NCBI GenBank assembly: GCA_021613535.1
Contig: CP075495.1
Coordinates: 1,612,001-1,676,000 of the forward strand
DNA: 64,000 nt
Direction: 5' to 3'
From: Adineta vaga
Taxonomy: Eukaryota; Animalia; Rotifera
Shown here: positions 41,732-53,542 of the stretch, in pieces
How positions within the stretch are numbered: the first letter of the stretch is position 1
Layout of the letters: the number at the start of each line of letters is the position of its first letter
The notes under the pieces: generated by a model
Database searches by the model: none
Seen by the model: the letters and a program-made list of their open reading frames with translations, nothing else
What the model was told of the DNA's origin: nothing
Program-made: the position numbers and the translations under genes

Positions 41732-42292
41732 TAATTATTTTATTTACAAACGAAAAGAACTTTCAATACTGAATAACTTTTTAGCTAAGTTTCTTTTTTT
41801 TCTTGTTAAAATGTTTTTAATTTGACCTATGTCTCTTTTTCATATTATGATTTGTCTTCTTCATATTAACATTACTTTTTTTTGTTCAATCTGACCGTTA
41901 ATATCTGTACGTTCAATTTCAGAATCATTAGTGAAATGAATTCTTATTTTTAGACTGAAAATGTAAGATAAGTTCGACTTTAGTCTACCATAGAATCTCG
42001 ATTATTCTCTGAGTTATCTTATACAAGTACTGTATGACTTCGAAACATGACTTTTGACTTTTACTGTTGATAATTGAAAGACACATAAATCTGACACTTA
42101 TCTCTATTAGAAAAATTCGCTGGAACAGTACTTTTTGACATAGAAGCGTTCTATACAAAAGTACCCTTTCATGTTGATTAAGTTTTTAAAACTAAATGAA
42201 AGAAGTCTGTTTATGATATTTGTAAAGATTTTATTTCATTTACTTAGTTTTTTCTTCTCTCTATCAACATACATTTGAATACAAGTAAAACG

Positions 42293-43274
42293 ATGACATC
42301 CATATTGCCACTCATTCAAACTGCCATGATGCGTTATGGAATGACAACATATTTAGCTCTTGGTAATATCGGTAATGTTCTTGCCCTATTACTTTTTTCA
42401 AGTAAAAATCATCGACATAATCCATGTTCTTTATATCTGGGAGTTGGATCTCTAATCAATATTATCGGTATTAATTTAGGAATTGTGCCACTTATTTACG
42501 CACTTGATCATGCCGATCCTTTACCACTGTCATTGACATTATGTAAAGGACGACAATATTCACTTCATGCTATTCTCATGATTAATCGAACATTAATTGT
42601 TTTTGCATGTTTTGATCGATTTGCTGTTTCTAACGGTCGACCATCAATACGTCAATGGAGTAACATTAAACTTGCTCGATATTTTACTATTGCTGTGATT
42701 TTATTTTGGTTCATTTTTTGTATTCATATTCTTATTTATCAAGATATTCAAAATGGTTCATGTGGTATGTTTGGTACATATAGTTTCATATTTACAATCT
42801 ATTCAATTTTTATTATTGGTCTTATTCCACCATTACTTATGATTATATTTGGAATATTAACTATTCGTAATTTAAAACAAGTAAGAATATATGAATAAAT
42901 ATTTCACAAAAAAACTTCTTCTATTTATTTAGATTCATGTACAACAAGTTCATCTACATCAACGTGATCGACAATTATTTATTATTTTAATGGCTGAAGT
43001 AATCGTATATTTAACATGTACAGCTTTAAATCCTGTAAGTATTGCATATACAACTTTAACAAGTAATATTTCAAACAAAAGTATTGAACGTATTCAAATT
43101 GAATCATTCATTAGTTTTTTCATTCGAAATTTTCTTATTTACATCTTTCATACAACACCATTTTATATTTATTTTATTTCATCAAATTCTTTTCGAAAAG
43201 AATGTAAAAAATTCTTTTTTCATCAGTACAAACAACGAATTCTACCAAATAGAATTTTACATACTAATTATTAA
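42293..43274 (+). CDS. Rhodopsin-like (class A) orphan GPCR
   Basis: GNIGN in TM1, NPCSLYL, FACFDRF, seven hydrophobic segments, PFYIYF..S..FRKE. One intron at ~42881-42932. Confidence 0.85.
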
Positions 43275-45596
43275 CAAAACAAATATTCTTATCAATTTGA
43301 ATTCAATAAATTTCTATATCGTTGATCATAGTGAAGAATTTTCTTAACTCGACATCAAAATAAATAAATAAATAGATGTGTTGAAAACAAACAATATATT
43401 GAAACAATAACCAGCTCATCTTATTTAACAGATAAGTGACGGAAAAAAATATATATAATCAACGAATTGAATTTCAAAAGTAGTGCCATCTCACGCAGTG
43501 TAGACAATCATTATATATGAGGATAGAGAAGAAAGTATTCATTTGAGAGATATTGTACGCCGCAAATTCAGTATCTCGTTTTATGTTATTTACAATTTTG
43601 ATTAGATTATCAAACAATTAGAACTTACTTGATCGAAAATTATCACTGATGATGAATAAACCAAACCATCATTTTTTACATATCCTATTTATGCATTAGC
43701 TGATGAATATTATACATTTTCTTCGAACTGTTTCTCTATAACTTTTTTCAATGGTCATTACAGATTATTATCATGTCTTACTTAATGCCCTTTTCGTTAT
43801 ACCACCTATGCTCATACATATGTTGATGAAGCAAAGAAACATACAAAACTTTCAATTAATACTATTTCATTGAAAATCTTCGTTGCACCTTCAGCTTTGC
43901 CAATGGTTTATCCAACCGCAACTGTTGAAGGTTGATCTAATGAGTGAAGCTAAAATCGATATTCATAAATGTTTCGTAAATGGTGCACATTCTGTTTAAT
44001 TGGATATTATTGAAGTCGGATTTTCTTCAAATAATTGATTCAACTGAACTTTTTCTATAATTATCATCAAAACTTGATCGCCATCGAATTCTATCATGTA
44101 TTCGAGATTTAATGCAATCATAACATTGAAATATTAGAAGAAATATGTCAACAACAACTGATTGTGACTTTTCTCCATCTGATATTGATCAATGCAACAG
44201 CAAGGTACGAAATTACCTGAAGCAAAACTGAATGCAATGAGAATTTTCAATATCTATATCACGTCTTAGTTTGCATGTAGTTCGTTCATTTTTGTCAATA
44301 TTGTCTTAATAAATAAGCGATAGATCTTTACATAGGTCAGATCATTTTCCATCTTGAGGGTGTGGGTGTTAAACAATATACACTTCGAAACACATAATTA
44401 TCGAGAAAAAAAAGAAAGGAGAGTGAATAAAATGGATGCAGATGTGAACTAAGTTGACACGTTCACATGCACAAATGAATGAGATGAAGATGAATAGATT
44501 AGTCATCAGAGATTTATAAATACAAAGAAAAACATCAGACATCCTAATCAATGATAGTCTTTTTGTTCATCTTCTTTTTTTTTTTCAAGAGAAAATGTTT
44601 GTTACGAAACAATATCTCAATCAGAAGACTGTCACGTCTGTTGCACAACATCGAAAAAAAGATAATCAGTTTATGCAAATGAGAATTATTCTTGACTTGA
44701 GCAAAAAAACGACTTCGCTTCGTTTAATCAAAAAACTACGAGTTAATTCAGTTAAATAAAAGAAAATTTCCGTTTCGATCGGAGAGAAAAAGAAGCCATC
44801 TGGAGAGATGTACATGACCTTGAATAAATCTCAATTAGTCTAATTAGAACAAAACTGCTTTTCTCAGTTGAGATTATTTCTACCGCATGTTTGTTGTCAT
44901 TAGATTTTCTATATTGACTGAAGCGTTAATCGTTAGGGAACAATCGATCTTTGCACGTCTTCTTCTTCTTCTCCTCCAGAACACTGTTGAATGCTTGAGA
45001 CAAGCTTAAAAGAATAGATGATCTGAATAACATTAGGAAAATGTTGTACAAAACAAACAACTGTTGTTCTATGATGAGATAAATCTCTATCGACCACATG
45101 TGTTCCTATATTTACCAGTTGGATTCTTAATTGGCCATTAAATAAAACATAGGAGATTTATTTAATTAGTTTAAAATGCATTTATCAAGGCTATTGAGTT
45201 TGCATGAAACTTAATCTAGCTACTCGCCTTTTTTTTTGATTAACTAGGCAACAGCTTATTTGTCAAGATATAGTATTAAACTACTTAACTGAAGTATGAT
45301 TGCCTTTTACGTAGATTGACATACTTAACTTACCTTATATATAGAAATTTACCTCAATTGTCTATCCATGGATTTTTAGTCAACTAGAAAATTGAATTTT
45401 AAATCCATTAATTCATCGAGTAAAATAGCATAAAGAGAAAGCAAAAGACGAGAAAATCTATGTAAAGTTAAATTTAACTTCAGATTTATTATTTCTTTTT
45501 CTTTTCTTTTTATTTTACATTGATTGAGCAATCTAATAGTTTTGAAAAATATTGATTATAACAAATAAAGAACGAGAAAATCGTTTCGGTTTTATC

Positions 45597-46082
45597 TTAT
45601 ACAATATGTAATGGAAATGTTGTTATTTGAGATTCTGAATGAATATCATTAGAATCTGTTGTTAACAAAGGTTCCATATCACCTTTACTTATTCGATTAA
45701 TTAATAATTGTTTCCATACTAACGATCGTTTCGTTCGTTCAATTTCTTCATCTGTATCACCAAAATGAAAATTTTCAATTTCAGTTCGTCTTTGTTTATA
45801 TAAACTTAATGATAAAAGAATTAATGTTAAGATTGAATAAACAATTAAAATTAAAAGTATATAAGAAAATGGACTGGAGAAAGAAAATACTGATGTATAG
45901 GAGAACACATCTGTAGTTGTTAAATTTAATGTTTGATTATTCGAATTCAATATATAATCATCATAAAATGTACGATTACTTGAATCCATATTCCATTCTT
46001 CATCTTCATATGGTAATGGAAAACTATCAGCATAATAATATAGATCATCTCCACGAGTAATTAATGTTGAATTTATAATCAT
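45597..46082 (-). CDS. Small single-pass membrane protein with N-glycosylation sequons in its N-terminus
   Basis: 161 aa. NST/NRT/NQT/NLT sequons precede one TM segment (YILLILIVYSILTLILLSLSLY) followed by KQRR. Confidence 0.65.
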   Translation of the reverse strand: MIINSTLITRGDDLYYYADSFPLPYEDEEWNMDSSNRTFYDDYILNSNNQTLNLTTTDVFSYTSVFSFSSPFSYILLILIVYSILTLILLSLSLYKQRRTEIENFHFGDTDEEIERTKRSLVWKQLLINRISKGDMEPLLTTDSNDIHSESQITTFPLHIV

Positions 46083-49000
46083 ATTTACTTATTTTGTTAA
46101 GTATAGATTTCTAAAAATGAAAAAAACACAAATGATTGACGAATAGAATCTACAAAGTAATCAAATGAAATAAGCAAATATGTAATGAAAAAGAGAGAGA
46201 GAGGGACCTTGTATTTCTATGTATCAACGTTTTTTTTTTGTACATTAGTAAGACTTCAACTATTGATCTTGCATATTTATGTATTATATTGAAAATCGTA
46301 TATAACCTGAATGATTGATATTCATCTTGTTCTCTTGAGATTTCTTTTTTTTTTCATCAAGAGAATGTAATGTGTGTCGTTCTTTATTTTTTTATGATAA
46401 TTGAACAAAACTTCTCAATAAGTTATATTACCTATTAAGAAAAAGGAAAAGAATGTCAATCAGCCTGCCTATCCGTACGATAAGTGGTGATAGGTTGAGG
46501 AAAAAGAAAGAATTAGAACGGAAATGAACTGTCAAGCGAAGAGAAGGAAATCGAGAGAATGAAGAGTAAAGAACAGTTTTGTTCATGATGAATGTTACCT
46601 ATCCAACTCAATAATCTATTCTTTTTATGATTGAATACATATTGTTACATATATCATTAGAAATGCATAAGGAAATTTCTTCTCCTCTTTCTCTCTCTCT
46701 CTCTCTAAATATATATTTAAGAAACATATTTGTTGAATAATAGTCGTCGTCGTCGTACTGAGAAAAAGAATTTCTTCTCTAATTCAGACCAAAACAGAGT
46801 ATACTCAAGAGGATTAGAATGACAAATGAGCAAAACCTCATTTAGTTCATCGTTTTTCTTTTTCTACTTACCAAATCAAGCAATTAGAAAATAAGTTATT
46901 ACTACCATTATCATTGGTCTAGTATAATTCTTTAAATGATCAAGACGACAATCTTCAATGATTGCTGAATATTATTTAACAATAGTCTCAATAATATTCA
47001 CATTCACTCCTATACTCTACCACTTATTCATTCGCTCGTCTTTGCTTGCTTATAGAGAAAGAAAATTGTTTCCTCTTTGCATATGTGTGAGCAGAATCGA
47101 AAGAAGAAGACGAGAGTGTTAAATCCGCATACTGATTGAGACGACGATGACAGGCAACTGAAGAAAGAGCTCTTTCTCTCTCTACACACTAATATATATC
47201 ATCTATTTTCTCTTCTTCTTCTTCTTTTGCTTTTCTCCATATTTCTGTCTGCACATTGCTTATCGGCGATCATCATCGAGTACCATCTGCTACTCTTAAC
47301 TAGACATTCTTTCTCGTATTTCGGTCTACATCTCCATAGATAGTGAAGTGATAGGAAAAAAGAAATAGAAGAAGTAGTAGCAAAAGCAGAAATCGAATTT
47401 CGATATACATATATATATGATTTCTTACTATTTGTTACATCATCAATAATATTATCATCTCAAAAGCAAAACAGTCTTTCACTTGATCATTCTTTTTTTT
47501 TTCATTTTTTATTATAGCTGCAAGCCAAACATGTAAAACAAATTAGAGTATAGAAGCGACAATTATCGAGATGTTCATTAGGAGAAAAAAAAGCAAAGTT
47601 ATGTGACATAGTTTTTCCATTAATGATAAAATGCAAAGAAGAAGGAAAAAACTGACGACTAACTCACGCATCTAATTGTTGATGAATAAAAGTTTTTCAT
47701 TTTAAGTGCGATTTGCTTTTTTTGGAAAGAATAATTGTCATCAGCTGACGTAAATCTCATTAAAGATTAATTGAAATAAAATAGTTTGTCACGAATTGCT
47801 CTTTATCAAATAAAATGACAGATAATTATGAGAATTAAATCTTTTTTCTTCTTGTTAACCAATGAGATCTGATAAACTATAGCGATGCGAATGTAGAAGT
47901 TAATTAATATCGATTTAATCAAGTACCTTGTAGAAAATTATGAATATAACAAAAAAAAAGAAAAGAAAGGGAAAAGTCATAATTCATTGATAGAGAGATT
48001 TTTATGTATAGGTCATTTTTGAAGTACATTTTGAATAATTGATTATGTCTGTTGGATAGAATGAAAGGTTTAAGTAAAGAATTAGTTATACTTGATTATT
48101 CGCTTCTTTTTTTATTCCTAATTTAGAAAATGTCAATTCATGCTTTGATAAACATCTGAAAGACATTAATAAAAAAAAAGTTCTTGTACTAAATGTGTTG
48201 TAAAATCATCGTTCACCTATTAGTCTACTATTCACTGTATATTTCATTAACTAATAGAACATTTTGTCTCGAAACAACGGACAAGAAAAAATGTATGCCG
48301 ATATACACATGACGTTAGATAAAATATTCATATACGCTATTCTGATCTTTCTCATTCGTCGTCTATCGTTAATAATCGTCTTATTTACTTCAAAGAAGTT
48401 TCTGCTCGTTGAATTACCATAAAGAATAACTAATAATTGCAAATATTATACAAATTATCGAGATTTGTTTATTTGTTTAGAAGACGACGTTTAAACTCGA
48501 TGATGTCTTGAGTAAATAAAACTAATGAATAATCTCTTTAAAAAAAAACCATCTTCTACCAACATCATTGAGTTAATTATTTCTTCGAGGAGGTGGCAAT
48601 AACGACGGGTGGGTATTGACTGATAAATATTCATAACATGAAGCACTCTAAATTAAATGGTTTATGAAATAAAAAATATTCGGTTTTGAACATATTGTTT
48701 ACATGAGCTGATTCATTTGAATGGAAATCATGAAACTTGAGCTACAGTTTAGATTTTCTTTTATCTATATACGATTATACTTCACATAATATAGTTTTAT
48801 TTTGTTTACCATTGATTATAATTCAAAGTTATATTTCTTAGTAACAAAGTTTGAATCTTTATCCATGAAAAATAATGACTAGAATCGTCATTTATATTTG
48901 GTGTTGAATTAGACAGCTATACTCAAAATATTTACTAAATATAAATCGAAAGTACGAAACAGATGTTATATCTATTGAATTTATAGACGTCACTAAGATA

Positions 49001-49211
49001 TCTTCGTTCTAATTGACGTGATATTATGTTTATTCTAATTATTTGACAAATATACATTGGTTCTATATGTATGTTAAGAGACCAGACGTTCTTTCCATTA
49101 TTAGATATATGATTTGTTAAAAAAGAAGAAAGTCTAAATATTGATACCAGATGTGCTGTTATTGTTGTTGAAAATTAAAATGCAATTCTTTCCATAAAAA
49201 AAATCAGAAGT

Positions 49212-50594
49212 ATGCCACTCATGGCTAAAGAAAATCCCACTTATGTGATCAGCGATCAAAATAAAAAATGTTGCCGTTCAATATCAGTTAGAGAACTATG
49301 TAAAATTATTACTCAAATTCTTATTCCTCTTATGATTGGAATATTTACAATTGTTATCACTTTACAACAACATTATACAGGAAAAGAAAATCGAAAAAAA
49401 GATTTAGAAATAGCTGCTGAACTTCGACAACAACAACTTCGATTGGATGAACAACGTCGCAGTCAAGAACTCGCTCTTGATGAAGCTCGACGTGCACAAG
49501 ATCTTTCAATTGCTGATAATAATCATCGTGATTCAGTTTTTAATATTTATATACGTGATCTAAGTAATCTTCTTCTCATTAATAATTACAATCTAAGTCG
49601 ACCTTTACTCAATTCTATCATACGACCAATGACATTAACAGTTTTACGACAAATTGATTCATCAAGAAAAATACTTCTTTTAAAATTTCTTTATGAATCA
49701 AAAATGATACGAACTGATTTTGAAGATACTCGTGTAGATCTTTCCGATGCAGATCTAAGTCATATTCATTTCGGAGCCATACATATGCAATATCTATCAT
49801 TACCCGGTGCTTTATTGATTAATACTACCTTTGTTCGTACGGATCTTACTTTTGCCGATTTTCAAAGAGCTGATTTAACAGATTCTATATTTATGAATAG
49901 TACTCTTGCTGAAGTATCTTTCTATCGAACACGTCTCATTCGTGCACAGTTTTTTCACTCAAATTTCTTTCGAACTGATCTTTCTCTTGCTGATCTTACT
50001 CAATCGACTATTACTCTTTCACAATTACAAACATCTTCGTCATACAACGAAGCGATCTTACCTAATGGAGAAAAAACTAGTGGAAAAGGTCTCATTACAT
50101 CTGAAGATCGATGTTCATTGAAGAATTGGAATATTCATCCGGTAAATACAATCAATCTTACTAATCATTGTCAGTTTGTTGGCTTACAAGATGATATCAG
50201 CATGCGATATGATTTGCATATTTATATTCAGCGAAGATTATTCGAAAAACAGCACGCTTTATTAGAACTTCATCTCAAAGCATCAATGCAATATTCAAGG
50301 AAAATGAATGTGACTTTCATTTTTTATAAAGAAGAAAATACAAGTGATGAAATTGATCGAAGTATGAATATCATTATTGAGATTTATAGATAATGTTATA
50401 TTTAAATTCTAGGATCTGGTATAACTATTGCTGAAATAACTGAACCATCTGACAAATCTCTTTCAAAACAATGGATTTCAGCGACATATCCACGAAATGC
50501 GCGTTTTCTAACGATTGATATAGCTATAAACAAAGGAGACAGATTGAGTGATTTTGAATTTTATATTCAACATTTTGATTATATGCAAGTCTAA
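49212..50594 (+). CDS. Bacterial-type pentapeptide-repeat membrane protein
   Basis: N-terminal TM, coiled coil, TLTVLRQID..RK..LLKFLYESK, A(D/N)Lxx repeats. Intron 50362-50412 joins a C-terminal exon ending at 50594. Confidence 0.82.
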
Positions 50595-51194
50595 CTTGTA
50601 TTTTATTGCTTTGTTTATATTGTAAATACATATTCTTAAAAAAAAAAGAAAAGGGAAAGTTGAGTACAACTATTAGTTGATCTTAATGATTTTCAACTCT
50701 CATTAAAATTCTGAATAATGTATCCGTCCGTTTATGTGATAACCTTCGAAAGAAGAGACAAGTCGTGGTGAAATTTTCTGCACAGTTCAGTCTCATCAAT
50801 ATCTCGGTCAAGTTCAAAGATGAGAATGATCCCTACAGAGATATTTTACAAGAAACATATATGGATCGACTCAGTTTTGAACTAAATCGTAGTTGTCTAG
50901 ATAACTCTCAAATGATCAGTAGTTTTGTGGTTTCCCAAATGCCTGGCTTTCTACCTAGTCAAAAAGAATATCAAATGGTAAAAGCCCAATCTCCATAGTT
51001 ATTCATATCGCTGAGCTATTATGCAAATATTGATGCACAGACATTCCAGTATGACTCATCTCTCTCTCTCTCTTTTGCACTTTTTCAGTACACGTAACTT
51101 CCGGATGAAATCCGAAGTTTCCGTATTTTTTCACTCTGACATACATTTCAGCTTCTTTGATGAATGATATATGTAGAAAGAATAAATATTAGAA

Positions 51195-52478
51195 TTAAAG
51201 AAGGTCACAACTACGAGAATTTTCTTTCGATGTTTTTGGATTTTTCTGAGTTGATTGCAATGAAGGATTATCATTTGTTGTATTGTGAGGTTTCTTATCA
51301 TTTGTATTTGAATTCGAAGTTAAGTTTTCATCGTCATTTTTATTCTTGTTCATACGTATCGAATTTGATTCAATCTCACTTTTCAATTTTTGATAATTCT
51401 CAAGGAAATCATTCTTTGTAAAATCAATATAAAGATCAGCACCTAAAAGAAGTCCTAACCAACCTGTTGGCTTGTATTTTGGTTGTAAAAGTAACGGAAT
51501 CATAGGTTTTTGTTGAACAAATGCATATTCAGCTTCTTTTTGACAATTACGCGATTCACTATATTTTTCCGTTATACAATAGATAATAATATCTGAATCT
51601 TCAATAGCTTTTGCCATAGCAAGAAGAGTACTGCCATGCATTTCTTCCAAATCAATCCATACTTTATAACCATCATTTGTTAAGGAATTATAAATATCAC
51701 GACAGAGTGGTTTCGAAACATGATTATAACTAATCATCAGTCGAGATTTGTTTATTATCGGTTTACCAGACTGAGAAATACCGATTGATGGAGCCCTTTT
51801 ACTATTTACGTCTTCTGGCGATGAATCACGTCGCTGTGGTCGACTTGAAAAACGAAATTGTGAAAAAGGGTCATCAGCAGGTTTTTCTTGTTTACTCCCT
51901 ACTGAAGGCAAAGATGAAGGTTTTGCGGCAATTATCGGACGATTTGGCTTTGATGGAGGAGGAGGAGGAAGAGGAAGTTCGCACGATGCACTGGGCGATT
52001 CTATATCATTGTAATCCTCATCGGCTTCATATTCGATGCCAGGCTGATCTTCTTTAGAATAATGTACCGGTGTTTCATGAACATGTGATTGGAGAAGTTG
52101 CTTTTTAAATAAACTATCTGCAGTTTCTTCATTGTTATCTTTATAAGAAGAACGTTGTTGAAATTTTTCAAGACAAGAGCGAAGCTGATTATGCAAGTTA
52201 GAGATTGTTGAAGTATTCTTTGTTGTGATTGCATCGCTCAATTTATCAAGTGTATCTCTAAGTGTACTGAAAATAGATTCGCATCCATTTGATTTAATAG
52301 TAGTTTCAATTTGTACGGCGGATGTATGAGTAAAAATTTTAATAAATTCCGTAATTATATCGAAGATCGATGCAAATTGTAGAAGCGACGTTTGATTTAC
52401 AGTGTAGACTCGATGAAGAATTATCATGGTGTTTTTTGTAGAAACAATATCTTCAACAAATGTTGTGTGCTCATCCAT
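51195..52478 (-). CDS. Intronless TIR (TIR_2-like) domain protein with Pro-rich linker and C-terminal CaaX-like motif
   Basis: LMISY...YKVWID...AIEDS...KYSESRNCQKEAEYA...PMIP...GWLG...YIDF. Ends SRSCDLL*. Confidence 0.85.
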   Translation of the reverse strand: MDEHTTFVEDIVSTKNTMIILHRVYTVNQTSLLQFASIFDIITEFIKIFTHTSAVQIETTIKSNGCESIFSTLRDTLDKLSDAITTKNTSTISNLHNQLRSCLEKFQQRSSYKDNNEETADSLFKKQLLQSHVHETPVHYSKEDQPGIEYEADEDYNDIESPSASCELPLPPPPPSKPNRPIIAAKPSSLPSVGSKQEKPADDPFSQFRFSSRPQRRDSSPEDVNSKRAPSIGISQSGKPIINKSRLMISYNHVSKPLCRDIYNSLTNDGYKVWIDLEEMHGSTLLAMAKAIEDSDIIIYCITEKYSESRNCQKEAEYAFVQQKPMIPLLLQPKYKPTGWLGLLLGADLYIDFTKNDFLENYQKLKSEIESNSIRMNKNKNDDENLTSNSNTNDKKPHNTTNDNPSLQSTQKNPKTSKENSRSCDLL

Positions 52479-53542
52479 AATGTTTTTTCTCTTTGTAAAT
52501 TGTTTGAAATAATAGTATCTATAAATGTTTAGAGTAAAGAATTTTACAATTTAAAAGAATTACATCTACTTTTTCTTCTTTTATTGCGTTGCTTATCATA
52601 AAATTCTTCCTTCCTGCCATATTAGTTATTGTCACGCTAGAAACAGACTCTTTGATGAATGAAAAAACTCCGATAATGTGAATAATACGTAAAAAGCGCA
52701 AGTTACATTCACAATCAAGTACATTAATCACATTATTTCGAAATGATACGAAATAAATGATCGATTCCAGTTTTATAACGTGTCATCGATTAATAATCTG
52801 CTTTTCGACACTTCAGTTTGTATCTATCTATCTTTTTTTCCTTACAAGTTGTATAATTTATTCATAAATGAAACTAAACGTCAAAACTAATAAAAAAAGA
52901 GAATCTTCATTATTACATTGGATTATCTCAAATTAGTGACAACGACATTTTAGTACCATATATTAAGCTTTCTACGTAGAATCATCGAGAAAAACTAACC
53001 TATATGATCATACTTAAAATTTATCAGCATTTTTTTAATAACTTTTGATAGAAACAAAATAAACAGCTGCAATTTTCACTAAACCAAAAGAATTTCTAAT
53101 ATTGATTTCTACAATATCTTTGTAACTATCGGAAAAATATTTCTTTCAAAAAACAATCTTATTCATCTCAATCTTTCACAGTTTAAGTTTTACATCTGAT
53201 TATTGAAATTTCACAGTAATAAACATCTTACGAGATAGATTTGTTTGTAAAAAGAAACTTTTATCAAGTTTAATATATGGTAACTAAGATATCGTTTTCA
53301 CTACTTTGAGATATACCTATGTATTGAATACGATAGTTGTCGATTAAATATTTACATAAAGAGAAAAAAGTGAATAATATTCTTTTTAAAAGTGAAAGGA
53401 AGCAAGTGAAAACATGAATAAAAGAGACAAAAAATTGATTGAAAGACTTATTCGTTAGAAAAGAAAACGAATAAAAAAAAGAAAAACGAAACATCAATTA
53501 AACAAACAAGAGATCATTTGAAGAAGAAAAAGAAAGTTAGTA

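Noticed and set aside
43640-44280. Possible decayed coding sequence (GPCR-like or enzyme-like fragments)
   Set aside because: Only short hydrophobic peptide stretches with many stops; no family can be supported.
50765-50998. 77-aa ORF between the pentapeptide and TIR genes
   Set aside because: Non-ATG start and no recognisable motif; possibly a TE fragment but unsupported.
51099-51120. Hairpin ACTTCCGGAT-GAA-ATCCGAAGT downstream of the TIR gene as a Roquin CDE element
   Set aside because: The loop on the sense strand (UUC) does not fit the Py-Pu-Py CDE triloop, and it may lie outside the UTR.
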